Assembly: GCA_050250895.1 (NCBI GenBank)
Contig: JBFWNU010000004.1
Span: forward strand, 622,934-686,933
Direction of reading: 5' to 3'
From: Vulcanimicrobiota bacterium
GTDB taxonomy: Bacteria; Vulcanimicrobiota; Xenobia; Xenobiales; JADMJV01
DNA: 64,000 nucleotides
Every line of letters begins with the position of its first letter. Positions within the stretch are counted from its first letter, which is position 1. Below the pieces are notes generated by a model that made no database searches, was not told the DNA's origin, and saw only the letters and a list, made by a program, of their open reading frames with translations. This document shows positions 10,478-19,859 of the stretch, one piece after another. Both the position numbers and the translations under genes were made by a program.

Positions 10478-11524
10478 ATCAGCGTAGAACCGGTTCATCT
10501 TTGTCATCTCGTCACGGCCTATCTGAGCGACGCCAAACCGGGCCCGCTTGGCGAACTGGTCGAGCAGGTCGGGGAGGAAGCCTTGCTGCGAGCGGCCGCT
10601 GGCGAGGGCTTGCGCGGGCTGGTGGCCTATGTCTTGACCAACTCGCTGGGCTCGCGCCGTGCCCCTCTCTGCCTGCAGGCTTTTCAAGAGGAGTTCGCCC
10701 GCAACGGCCTCTACATCGGCGAAATGATGCGCCTCGACGAGGCCCTGGCCAGGCGGGGGATGGAGGCCATCGTCCTCAAAGGCGGGGCCCTGATCCATCA
10801 TGGATACGCCCAGTTGGGTGTGCGCTTTCTCTCGGACATCGATGTCATGGTGCATCAACATGAGCTTCCTCAAATGCGGGATTTGCTTGAGGAACTCGGT
10901 TTTCGCTCGCACGACGGCATCAACTTTCGCCGCGAGATGCTGGCTGTCGATCTGCACCACGAACCGATCAAGCGCCTGGCCACGGCCTTCGTCTTTGCGA
11001 CCGAGGACCTCTGGAGCAATTCCCTGCCGCTCGACCCCGCCCGCTACCAGGCCCTGCGCCGGTTGGGCCCCTACGATCAGTTCCTGCACCATTCCATTCA
11101 CGGGTTGGGCCATGCCTACCACCGCCTGAACTGGCTGGTCGATCTCGCCGTCGCCCTCGAGCACCTCGACCCCGAGGCGCTTTGGCGGCGGGCCCGCGAG
11201 ACCCACTCCGAACGCGCTCTGACCTATGCCCTGACCCTCATTCGCGATCTCTTCGGGGTGGCCGTGGCCCCCGCCCTCGAAGCTCGACTATGCCGCCCCA
11301 ATCGCTGGGAGCGCTGGTTTCTAGCCCGGGTCAAGGAGCGAGGCCATCCCGAGACGATCGGCAAGGTCATCGCCGTGTTCTCTATTCGCAATTGGCTGAA
11401 ACGGGCCGTCCACCTCTGGCGCATCGGGCGCCCCCAGGCCGGAGCCACCTGGAAGCAACGAATCACCGAACTCTACGCGATGTTGGTCAGGGTCTGGAAG
11501 GTCTACCGCTCGGCCTCCTCCTAA
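10478..11524 (+). CDS. nucleotidyltransferase family protein (NTP_transf_5)
   Basis: LKGGAL...RFLSDIDVMV, VDLH, WLVDL; start uncertain (ATC at 10478 behind AGGAGG, or TTG at 10583). Confidence 0.8.
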   Translation: MSVEPVHLCHLVTAYLSDAKPGPLGELVEQVGEEALLRAAAGEGLRGLVAYVLTNSLGSRRAPLCLQAFQEEFARNGLYIGEMMRLDEALARRGMEAIVLKGGALIHHGYAQLGVRFLSDIDVMVHQHELPQMRDLLEELGFRSHDGINFRREMLAVDLHHEPIKRLATAFVFATEDLWSNSLPLDPARYQALRRLGPYDQFLHHSIHGLGHAYHRLNWLVDLAVALEHLDPEALWRRARETHSERALTYALTLIRDLFGVAVAPALEARLCRPNRWERWFLARVKERGHPETIGKVIAVFSIRNWLKRAVHLWRIGRPQAGATWKQRITELYAMLVRVWKVYRSASS

Positions 11525-11600
11525 ATCCGGCCTGGCAGGGAATTGTTCTCGCCCGCGCCGAAAGAATTCGGCCTTTCATTTCTTGCATCCGGGGGGGACT

Positions 11601-13502
11601 ATGAGACAAGCCTTACACCTGATCGTTTTCGGCCTGCTGGCCGCGGTGTTGTTGAGTTGCAACGTCGAAAGCGGGCTCAACGAGGGCGACGGATCGACCA
11701 GCGGCGGCGGTCAGGCGGTCTTCTCTGGCCGTCTTTTGACCCGGCCGGTCCTGTTCATCCCCGAAGCCGGAAGGGCTTCTGTCCTCACCGTGCGTGACCA
11801 GCTCCTTGCCGCCGGCCGGCAGGTGTCCGAAGACGGCGCAGTGATTCTCTGGCCCGATGCCCCGGCGGCCGGCTGGCTGGCCCAGGTGGGCAACCAGATC
11901 GTGCGGGCCGACGAAAACGGCGTCTTTATCTTTCAGGGCTTGCCGAGTGGAGTCACCGAGGGCACTCTGACCCATCCTGCCGACTCGCGGGTGGTGCTGA
12001 CCTTCCCGGTTGACCGCCTCACTCCCGGTACCACGCCGGCCAGCGGCTTCGTCTATCCCCAGGGCTTCGACGGAGCGTGCGGCATGAGCCCCGGCGAAGA
12101 CGACGCGTTCTGTGCCAATGTCACCCGCACTGTGCAGGCGCAAACCGAGACGATCCTGGCCCAGCTCGCCCCCGTTCCAACCGCCGTCACCACCGGGCCC
12201 CGGGGCACCTATCCTCTGGGCAAGGCCACCCTGTGCGCCGACAAGGACGGATTCTTCCCCAGCGCCAGCCTGCCGAAAGAAGTTCGCTACATCGGCAGCA
12301 CCTGCGACGGCTACGTGCGAGTAGGCTGCTGTCCCAATGAAAACCCCTTTTCCGACGTCCAGTACAACCTGCGCCTGGCGGCTGCTTCCATCCCCGGAGT
12401 GAGCCTGATCCGCGGCGCCATCGGTAACGATTTCTACCTCTCGCCCCCCAGCGACTTCTCTATCGACATCGGCTGCTCGGACAATCACAAGGGACGATTC
12501 TGCCAGCAAGTCTCGATCAGCGACCTGTCCATCGACCTGACCAACCGAGGCCAGATCGTCAAGCCGGCGGACCGCCAGGTCACGGTGGACGTGCTGCCCG
12601 GCTCGGTCGAACCCGTGACGGTGCACAACAACGGCTGCTTCGGTATCACCCTGGTGCGCAATGGGCGCCTCGAGATCGTCGGTGGTTTCTCGGGTCCCGG
12701 TTTCAAGGTCGATGTCCCCTCGGCTTCGCTGCAACCCAAGCCGCCCCAGGTGCTGACTCCGAGGGTCGAACACTTTCAACCGCTCGGCAATAGCGTAGTT
12801 CAGGTCCCGGCCATCGACCGTGACCTGATGTACACCATTCCCGCCGACGCTCAGCCAGGCAGCGTCGACGAGTGGCTCTTCTCCACCGACACCGTCTCGA
12901 TTCTGGTGATCTTCCGGGTGGTCGCTCCCAACGTGAGCACGCCCCAGGTGACCCTCGACAACAGCAGCGTGCTCTTCCAGCACGAGGTCGGCACCACCCC
13001 CTGCAATCAAGGCTTGCCCGCGCTCAGCCTGAGCAGTCAGGACGCCGAAGACATGATGGTATCGGTGACCTTCGGGGCCAACTCGGCCCTGCGCATCACC
13101 GGGGGTGGGTCCTCGACCTTCACGCTCCCGGCTGGCGGCAATCTCAACATCCCCATCGAGTTCGACTGCAGCCGCGACAACTCTTACTCCACCTCGATCA
13201 TGGTGACCGTGTCCGGCAAGGACAATCCCACCCGGACCCGTACCTTCAACCTCCCGGTCACGGCCATCTTGCTGCACCGGGCCGTGCGCCTCGACTTCCC
13301 CCTTGGCCCCTTCGCGCCCGGCACCGAGATCCGGTTGAGCCGCATCGTCGGTGGTCATGTGGCCGGCGCCGAAGGAGGATGCCCAGCCCAGCACTATCAC
13401 GGCGGCCCGATCTCCGTCGACGGTATCCATGTAGCTGATGATCCTAATCCCAGCGGGTGCGGCTATGGCCGCATCGTGCTCACCGAAGGCGGAGGACTCT
13501 AG
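11601..13502 (+). CDS. Cys-rich lipoprotein with Ig-like beta domains
   Basis: Lipobox LLSC after a hydrophobic leader; 633-aa open frame. Confidence 0.75.
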   Translation: MRQALHLIVFGLLAAVLLSCNVESGLNEGDGSTSGGGQAVFSGRLLTRPVLFIPEAGRASVLTVRDQLLAAGRQVSEDGAVILWPDAPAAGWLAQVGNQIVRADENGVFIFQGLPSGVTEGTLTHPADSRVVLTFPVDRLTPGTTPASGFVYPQGFDGACGMSPGEDDAFCANVTRTVQAQTETILAQLAPVPTAVTTGPRGTYPLGKATLCADKDGFFPSASLPKEVRYIGSTCDGYVRVGCCPNENPFSDVQYNLRLAAASIPGVSLIRGAIGNDFYLSPPSDFSIDIGCSDNHKGRFCQQVSISDLSIDLTNRGQIVKPADRQVTVDVLPGSVEPVTVHNNGCFGITLVRNGRLEIVGGFSGPGFKVDVPSASLQPKPPQVLTPRVEHFQPLGNSVVQVPAIDRDLMYTIPADAQPGSVDEWLFSTDTVSILVIFRVVAPNVSTPQVTLDNSSVLFQHEVGTTPCNQGLPALSLSSQDAEDMMVSVTFGANSALRITGGGSSTFTLPAGGNLNIPIEFDCSRDNSYSTSIMVTVSGKDNPTRTRTFNLPVTAILLHRAVRLDFPLGPFAPGTEIRLSRIVGGHVAGAEGGCPAQHYHGGPISVDGIHVADDPNPSGCGYGRIVLTEGGGL

Positions 13503-13521
13503 GCTTTTCCGCCCGCGCCTC

Positions 13522-13570
13522 TTGACAAGGGAAGCACCCCTGTGTATTAATTAAATTAAATATTAAGATT
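13522..13570 (+). promoter_or_regulatory. sigma70-type promoter with an AT-rich operator-like tract
   Basis: TTGACA (13522-13527), 17 bp, TATTAA (13545-13550) preceded by TGTG, then an A/T-only run in a GC-rich genome. Confidence 0.6.
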
Positions 13571-13582
13571 GAGAGTCGCACC

Positions 13583-14341
13583 GTGGCCTCCTTCCAACAT
13601 CGCAGCTTGATCCAGCAAGGCTATAAGGAGCTCAATGAGAGGGAGTTTCGTGAACTGGAGTGGGGGCTGCGCTTCACCCCCACCGCCTGTTCCCTGCTCA
13701 CCCTGATCGGGTTGATCTATCAGCAGCCCCTGCTGCTGGCCGCGGTGGCAACCCTCGGAATCTGGGCCTTTCTGGCGCCGGCCGCTCATCCGATGGACCT
13801 GCTTTACAACCACGTCGTCCGCCACCTGTTCGGGGCCACACCCCTGCCGCCGAATCCCTTCCAGCGGCGTCTGGCTTGCCTGGCTGCAGGAGTGATGAAT
13901 TTCTCCGCCGCCATCCTCTTCTGGCAGGGTCTACCGAAGGTGGCCCTGGCGGTCGGAGGGGTCTTGCTGGTGCTCCAGGCGATCGTCATCACCACCCACT
14001 TCTGCACCCTGAGCTGGCTCTACGAGCTCGCCCTGAAGGCGATCGGACAATGGGACCGCCCCCTCGACGAGACCCAGGCGCGCGAGCTGGTCAAGATGGG
14101 CGCGGTGGTGGTGGATGTGCGCGAGCCCAACGAGTTTCACGCCGGCCATCTCGAGGGAGCCATCAACGTCCCGCTGAGCCAACTCGACAAGCAGTGGCCG
14201 GGCACCCCGGACCGGGCCTATCTGCTCTACTGCGCCAGCGGCATGCGAAGTCAGCTGGCCACCAAAAAGCTCCGGGCCCGAGGCGTCGAGCAAGCCCACA
14301 ATCTGGGCGGCATGGCCCGGGCTCGCAAGCTGCTCGCCTGA
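13583..14341 (+). CDS. DUF4395 membrane domain-rhodanese fusion
   Basis: DUF4395-like N-terminus (RF...FCTL); C-terminal DVREPNEFHAGHLEGA and YCASGMRS rhodanese active-site loop. Confidence 0.85.
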   Translation: MASFQHRSLIQQGYKELNEREFRELEWGLRFTPTACSLLTLIGLIYQQPLLLAAVATLGIWAFLAPAAHPMDLLYNHVVRHLFGATPLPPNPFQRRLACLAAGVMNFSAAILFWQGLPKVALAVGGVLLVLQAIVITTHFCTLSWLYELALKAIGQWDRPLDETQARELVKMGAVVVDVREPNEFHAGHLEGAINVPLSQLDKQWPGTPDRAYLLYCASGMRSQLATKKLRARGVEQAHNLGGMARARKLLA

Positions 14342-14378
14342 AGGCAGGGTCGGCAACCGGGGCTGCGAAGTCTCAGGG

Positions 14379-14822
14379 GTGAAGATCCGCCTGCACGTCA
14401 ACGGCACCCCCCATGAATGCGAAGTCGAAGGACGGACCCTGCTGGTCGAAGCGCTGCGCGAGCAGCTGGGCTTGACCGGCACCCACCGGGGTTGCGAGTC
14501 GGTAGTCTGCGGCGCCTGCACCGTGCTGCTCGACGGCCGGGCCGTCAAATCGTGCTCGGTGCTGGCGGCCCAGGCCGAAGGGCACGAAGTGGTCACCATC
14601 GAGGGGGTCGAGTTCGGGCCGATCCAGCAGGCCCTGTGGGAAGAACACGGCCTGCAGTGCGGCTTTTGCACCCCCGGGGTGGTGATGACTCTGCATGAGC
14701 TGCTCCACCAGGCCCGAGACCTCGACGAGGCCGGCCTGCGCGAGGCGCTCAAAGGCAATATCTGCCGCTGCACCGGCTATCAAAACATCGTCCGGGCGGC
14801 TCTCAAGGCGGCTGGCAAATGA
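14379..14822 (+). CDS. coxS: [2Fe-2S] small subunit of a CoxSLM/xanthine dehydrogenase-family enzyme
   Basis: GCESVVCGACTV, QCGFCTPG, NICRCTGY. Confidence 0.9.
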   Translation: MKIRLHVNGTPHECEVEGRTLLVEALREQLGLTGTHRGCESVVCGACTVLLDGRAVKSCSVLAAQAEGHEVVTIEGVEFGPIQQALWEEHGLQCGFCTPGVVMTLHELLHQARDLDEAGLREALKGNICRCTGYQNIVRAALKAAGK

Positions 14823-17032
14823 TCGGCCAACGGGTTGCCCGCAAAGAAGATCCCAGGCTGCTCCAGGGGCAGGGCCAGTTTGTGGACGATCTCCGCCTGC
14901 CCGGCACCCTGCACGCGGTGTTTCTGCGAAGCCCGGTGGCCCATGCGCGCCTTGCCCGCCTCGACACCAGCAAAGCCTTTGGCAGTCCCGGGGTGGCGGT
15001 GGTGCTGACCGGGGCCGACCTGCCTCCCTATCCGCTGCCGGTGGCCCCGGCCGTCGAGGGAATGGTCATTCCCGAACAGCCGATGATGGCCGTCGACCAG
15101 GTGCACTACGTGGGCGAGCGCATCGCTGTCGTGGTGGCCGGCAGCCGGGCCCAGGCTCTGGACGCCTGCACCGCCATCGAGGTCGAGTTCGAAGAGTTGC
15201 CGGTGGTCACCGACCCCCTCAAGGCCCTGGACAAAGATAGTCCGCCCGTCCACCAGGGGTTAAAATCGAATTTGTCTTACGTGTGGGCCTGCCCAGGCGG
15301 CCCGCCGCCCGAAGGAGAGTGGCTGGTCGAACAGGTGCGCCTGGAAGTGCCACGGGTGGCTCCCATGCCTCTCGAAGGTCGGGCGGTGCTGGCCAGCTTC
15401 GAGCCCGGCCGGCAAGAGCTGACCGTCTGGTGCAGCCACCAACGACCCCATCTGCTGCGCGACATTCTGGCTCGCCAGACCCAGTTGTCGGACCGCCAGG
15501 TGCGCGTCATCGCGCCGGATGTGGGTGGCGCCTTCGGGTGCAAGGTCAACGTCTATGGCGAAGAGGCCATCGTGGCCAACCTGGCTCGCCAACTGGGCAA
15601 GCCGGTCAAGTGGGTCGAAGGTCGGCGCGAGCACTTCGTCTCGACCAGCCACGGGCGGGGCCAGGTGGCCGACCTCGAGGCTCGCTTTGACCAGCAAGGC
15701 AAAGTGGCCTCGCTGGTCGTCCGCATCGTGGTCGATCTGGGGGCCTTTCACCAATTTCTCTCGGCGGCCATCCCGCCCCTGACCGGCATGATGATGTCGG
15801 GGCCTTACCAGATCGGCCATCTCGACATCGAGGTCAAAGGGGTCTTCACTCACAAGACTCCCACCGACGCCTATCGTGGAGCCGGCAAGCCCGAAGCCAC
15901 CTACTATCTCGAACGCCTGATGGACCGCATCGCCCGCCGGCTTGACCTTGACCCGGCCGAGGTCAGGCGACGCAACTTCATCACCAACTTCCCCTACCCC
16001 GCTCCCACACGCCTTTTCTACGACTCGGGCAACTACGCCCAGTGCCTCGACAAAGCCCTCGAGATGGTAGGCTATCAAGACTTTCGCCGGCGCCAGCGAG
16101 AGGCCCGCCAGAGCGGCAAGCTACTGGGGTTGGGCTTGTCGAGCTATGTCGAAGTGGCCGGGGTGGGTCCTTCGTTTATCATTCCGGGTGGCGGTTGGGA
16201 GTCGGCCACGGTTCGCCTGGAACGAGGCGGCGGCGTCACCGTGCTGACCGGCATCTCACCTCACGGGCAGGGCCAACAAACGACCTTTGCTCAATTGGTG
16301 CGCGAACATCTGCCGGTGCCCATGGATCAGATCACGGTGCGCCACGGAGACACCGGGCAAATCCCGGCCGGAATCGGGACCTTCGGCTCGCGCGGCACCA
16401 CCCTGGGCGGTACCGCCGTGGTCATGGCCCTCGAGAAGCTCAAAGCCAAGATCGAGGCCATCTCGCAAGCCCTGGGAGGGGCCGAACTGGCCCAGGTGAT
16501 CGAGGCGGCCTATCACGCCCGCGGCTTACCCGAGGGGATGGAGCCAGGCCTCGAGGCCACCGCCTACTATGACCCCGCCAACTTCGTGTTTCCCTTCGGC
16601 ACCCACGTGGCCGTGGTCGAAGTCGAGGCCGCCACCGGCGACTGGCGCGTCGTGCGCTATATCGCCGTCGACGACTGTGGCCGGATCATCAATCCCATGC
16701 TGGTGGAAGGACAGGTTCACGGCGGGGTGGCCCAGGGCATCGGCCAGGTGCTTTGCGAAGGCCCCGCCTATGGGGCCGACGGACGGCTGCGAAACGGCCA
16801 CCTGGGGGCCTATGGTGTGGTTCGGGCAGCGGATTTACCCACCATCGAGACGGCTCACTTCGAGACCTTGAGCCCGGTCAATCCCCTGGGGGTGAAGGGC
16901 GTCGGCGAGGCCGGAGCGGTGGCCAGCCCGCCGGCCGTGGTCAACGCTCTCAGCGACGCGCTGGCCCACTTCGACCCGCCGGAATGGATCATGCCGATTC
17001 GGCCCGAGCAGGTGTGGAAGGCGATGCAATGA
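14819..17032 (+). CDS. coxL: molybdopterin-binding large subunit, form II CoxL-like
   Basis: RKEDPRLL, DVGGAFG, AYRGAGKPEA, GQVHGGVAQG, KGVGEAG; not the form I AYxCSFR motif. Confidence 0.85.
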   Translation: MIGQRVARKEDPRLLQGQGQFVDDLRLPGTLHAVFLRSPVAHARLARLDTSKAFGSPGVAVVLTGADLPPYPLPVAPAVEGMVIPEQPMMAVDQVHYVGERIAVVVAGSRAQALDACTAIEVEFEELPVVTDPLKALDKDSPPVHQGLKSNLSYVWACPGGPPPEGEWLVEQVRLEVPRVAPMPLEGRAVLASFEPGRQELTVWCSHQRPHLLRDILARQTQLSDRQVRVIAPDVGGAFGCKVNVYGEEAIVANLARQLGKPVKWVEGRREHFVSTSHGRGQVADLEARFDQQGKVASLVVRIVVDLGAFHQFLSAAIPPLTGMMMSGPYQIGHLDIEVKGVFTHKTPTDAYRGAGKPEATYYLERLMDRIARRLDLDPAEVRRRNFITNFPYPAPTRLFYDSGNYAQCLDKALEMVGYQDFRRRQREARQSGKLLGLGLSSYVEVAGVGPSFIIPGGGWESATVRLERGGGVTVLTGISPHGQGQQTTFAQLVREHLPVPMDQITVRHGDTGQIPAGIGTFGSRGTTLGGTAVVMALEKLKAKIEAISQALGGAELAQVIEAAYHARGLPEGMEPGLEATAYYDPANFVFPFGTHVAVVEVEAATGDWRVVRYIAVDDCGRIINPMLVEGQVHGGVAQGIGQVLCEGPAYGADGRLRNGHLGAYGVVRAADLPTIETAHFETLSPVNPLGVKGVGEAGAVASPPAVVNALSDALAHFDPPEWIMPIRPEQVWKAMQ

Positions 17033-17739
17033 GGCCGGTCGAGTATGTGCGCCCCGAGACGCTGGAACAGGCCCTGAGCGCCGGCGGCACCTGGCTGGCT
17101 GGCGGCCAGAGCCTGTTGCCCGCATTGTGGGCAGGCGGCCGGGCCGAGAAATTGGTCGACCTGGGCGGCCTGGAGGAACTCAAGCGACTGGAGGTTACCG
17201 AGCGCGGGCTTTGGGTCGGGGCCATGGTCACCCACGCTCGGCTGGCGGCCCACGGCGGCCTGCTGGGCGGCGTGGCCGCGCAACTCGCCGATCTGCAGGT
17301 GCGCAATCGAGGGACCATGGGTGGCGTGCTGGGGCAGGCCGACCCGCGAGCCGATTATCCGGCCGTGCTACTGGCCTGCCAGGCGCAGGTCGTCGTAAGG
17401 GGCCGCGAAGTAGCCCTGGAAGAGTTTTTGGAATCCCCGGGCGGCTTGATCGAGGCGGTCATCGTGCCCGAATGCCAGGGACGCTACCTGCGCCGGTCGG
17501 ACCGAGCTGCCGGCTGGCCGGTGGCCGGGGTCTGCCTGATCGACGGCCGCCTCGGCGTGACGGCGGTGGCAGCCCGGCCGTATCGGGCCCGGGCCAGCGA
17601 GGCGGCCCTGGCGGCGGGGGATGTCGAGGGGGCCATAGCCGCCCTCACCGAGGGGGTCGAGGTGCGCAGTGATCTCGAGGCCGGAGCCGAGTATCGCAGC
17701 CATCTGGCCCGCTGCCTGTTGAGAGAATTGCTGGCGTGA
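17029..17739 (+). CDS. coxM: FAD-binding medium subunit, CoxM-like (short)
   Basis: LAGGQSLLP, QVRNRGTMGG, EYRSHL; ATGA overlap with coxL. Confidence 0.85.
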   Translation: MRPVEYVRPETLEQALSAGGTWLAGGQSLLPALWAGGRAEKLVDLGGLEELKRLEVTERGLWVGAMVTHARLAAHGGLLGGVAAQLADLQVRNRGTMGGVLGQADPRADYPAVLLACQAQVVVRGREVALEEFLESPGGLIEAVIVPECQGRYLRRSDRAAGWPVAGVCLIDGRLGVTAVAARPYRARASEAALAAGDVEGAIAALTEGVEVRSDLEAGAEYRSHLARCLLRELLA

Positions 17740-18683
17740 AGCGAATCTGGCTGGTGTTCTTGTTGCTCACCGGGCTGGGCTGGGCCAAGCCCATTCCCGA
17801 TCGTCCGCCCGATCAAGACTTGTGGGACGGCATGCAGGTGCTCGACGATGACGAGCGGGCCAAGGTCGTCGACATGGCCCGGCTTTGCCGGTCGGAGTAT
17901 GGGGCTCCCCTGGCGGTGGTGACCATTCGAAAGATGGCCGACTATGACAAGACCTATCCCAGCATCGAGAGCTTTGCGGCCAGCTGGTTCAACCACTGGG
18001 CCCTGGGCACGGTCGAAGACAACTATGGCATCCTGTTGTTGGTCAGTGTCGAGGACCGCAAGGCTCGCATCGAGCTGGGGGCCGGCTGGGGCCAGACCTG
18101 GAATTCGGAATGCAACCATATCATGCAGTCGGTGATCGTGCCCCGCTTCAAGAGCGGCAGCTATGACGCCGGCATCGTGGATGGCTGCACGGCCTTGACC
18201 CAGATGGCCCAGGACCGCACCAATCCCTATTCGATGCAAGGTTTTGAAGCGACCCTGAAACGGCTTCGCTACTGGGTCGACGATTACGGAGACTACATCT
18301 CTGTCCTGTCGCTCTTCCCCGCCATCGTAGCGGTGGTCGGTCTGGTGGTGGGGATGCTGTTGCTGCTCACTTCGCTGGTGGTCCCTCCGCTGCGCGACCC
18401 ATTGGCCCTCGGGGGTGGGGCCATCATGGGCGTCTGCACCTTTACCATCATCAGCCTGGTGGTCCTGGTGATCTATGCTTTGATGCAGCTGCCCACCGGC
18501 TCGATTTCAGACTTTTCGAGTGGGAGTTGGGACTCTGGCAGTAGCTGGGATTCGAGCAGCAGCTGGGATTCTGGCAGTAGTTGGAGTTCGAGCAGCTTCT
18601 CGAGCGGCGGCGGGGGCGGAGGTTTCGACTTCGGCGGCGGGGGCGGATTTTCGGGTGGAGGGGGGGCCACCGGCAGTTGGTAG
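17736..18683 (+). CDS. TPM-domain (YgcG-like) membrane protein with Gly/Ser tail
   Basis: GILLLVSVEDRKARIELG and C-terminal GGGGFSGGGGATGSW. Confidence 0.9.
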   Translation: MKRIWLVFLLLTGLGWAKPIPDRPPDQDLWDGMQVLDDDERAKVVDMARLCRSEYGAPLAVVTIRKMADYDKTYPSIESFAASWFNHWALGTVEDNYGILLLVSVEDRKARIELGAGWGQTWNSECNHIMQSVIVPRFKSGSYDAGIVDGCTALTQMAQDRTNPYSMQGFEATLKRLRYWVDDYGDYISVLSLFPAIVAVVGLVVGMLLLLTSLVVPPLRDPLALGGGAIMGVCTFTIISLVVLVIYALMQLPTGSISDFSSGSWDSGSSWDSSSSWDSGSSWSSSSFSSGGGGGGFDFGGGGGFSGGGGATGSW

Positions 18684-19363
18684 ACGCGCGCAAATGGCTC
18701 GAGCCTGATCAGGCCAAGCAGGTCGCGGCCGCCATCACCGAGGCCGAGCGACGAACGCAGGCCGAATTTCTCTGGGTCGTGGCCAGCCAATCGGGACGCT
18801 ACGACCGGGCCGAATCGATCGTGGGACTTGCCTTCGGGGTGGCCGGCCTCTTGCTCAGTCAGAGCCTCGGCGCCCTGGTGCTAGCGCCGGGCCCGGGATC
18901 CTGGGTCACCCCCGGGATGGTCGGCAACGGTTGGCTGCTGGTCGGCCTGGTGTTGGGTTTCGTGGTCGGCAATACCGTGGCCACCCTTTGGCCGAGCTTG
19001 GCCCGACCGTTCGTGCCCCGGCGCGAGTTCGAGCAAGAGGTCGAGCGCTCGGCCGCCTATGTCTTTTCCCTGCACAAGGTCAGCCATACCGCGCGCGGTG
19101 TGGGTGTCTTGCTGTATCTGTCACTGCTCGAGCGGCGGGTGGTCGTGCTGGCCGATCGCGCCGCCTTCGAGGTCCTGGGACAGACGGGGGTGGATGGCTT
19201 GCGGGATCTGGCCATCGAAAAACTCAAGGGCGGTCAGAGAGTCGAAGCCCTGACCGCCACCGTGGCCCAAGCCGCCGACACACTGGCCGAGCGCTTTCCC
19301 TGCCCTGACGACGACGTCGACGAGCTACCCAACCACCTGGTGGTCATTCACCCCCGGCCTTAG
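18677..19363 (+). CDS. TPM-domain partner membrane protein
   Basis: AITEAERRTQAE, GVLLYLSLLERRVVVLAD, ELPN; usual partner of YgcG. Confidence 0.85.
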   Translation: MVDARKWLEPDQAKQVAAAITEAERRTQAEFLWVVASQSGRYDRAESIVGLAFGVAGLLLSQSLGALVLAPGPGSWVTPGMVGNGWLLVGLVLGFVVGNTVATLWPSLARPFVPRREFEQEVERSAAYVFSLHKVSHTARGVGVLLYLSLLERRVVVLADRAAFEVLGQTGVDGLRDLAIEKLKGGQRVEALTATVAQAADTLAERFPCPDDDVDELPNHLVVIHPRP

Positions 19364-19733
19364 CCACCCGCAGCGGGGGCATGGGCACGCCCAGCGCGTC
19401 GGCCACGGCCTCGAGTTCGGCTTCTTCCACCTCGACCACGACATTGTCGGCGCTGGCGATGGCGGCTAGATAGTCCATGATGGTGTCTTTGCTCTCGGCA
19501 TCGAGCTCGTCGTGCAGGGACGAGGCCAGTTCGTAAGCCGAGGGCAGGTCGTCGAGGTCGGCCAGGACCTTCTCGAAGGTCTCGGCCGAAAAGCCCGGCA
19601 GCATTCGATGGCCCATGCGAACGGCCACTTCTTTCTCCTCTGCTTCGATGACTCCATCGGAAGCGATCAGGGATACGGCCAGGGCAGCGGCGATGTAAGG
19701 AACGTCGGCTCCGGTATCATCGTTGACAAACAC
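19344..19733 (-). CDS. TerB-family (tellurite-resistance-like) protein
   Basis: ASDGVIEAEE and ADNVVVEVE acidic motifs; AGGAGG upstream of GTG 19733. Confidence 0.8.
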   Translation of the reverse strand: MFVNDDTGADVPYIAAALAVSLIASDGVIEAEEKEVAVRMGHRMLPGFSAETFEKVLADLDDLPSAYELASSLHDELDAESKDTIMDYLAAIASADNVVVEVEEAELEAVADALGVPMPPLRVAKAGGE

Positions 19734-19859
19734 GGTCTTCAACCTCCTGAATTTCTTGTCCGCCCAGCTTTCTCGGGCGCGCCGATGTCCCTGCCAATCG
19801 GCCGAAAAGAGCAGGATTTCACGGGCCCGTCTGGCAGTGAAGAGAAGAGGAGGTTCATT

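Noticed and set aside
11613-13430. 605-aa antisense ORF and similar long shadow ORFs
   Set aside because: Expected opposite GC-rich genes; no recognisable motifs.
14379-17739. Form I CO dehydrogenase (atmospheric CO oxidation)
   Set aside because: Active-site motif is AYRGAGK and gene order is S-L-M, not AYxCSFR with M-S-L.
18520-18680. Short tandem repeats encoding SSWDS/GGG
   Set aside because: Normal low-complexity tail of TPM/YgcG proteins.
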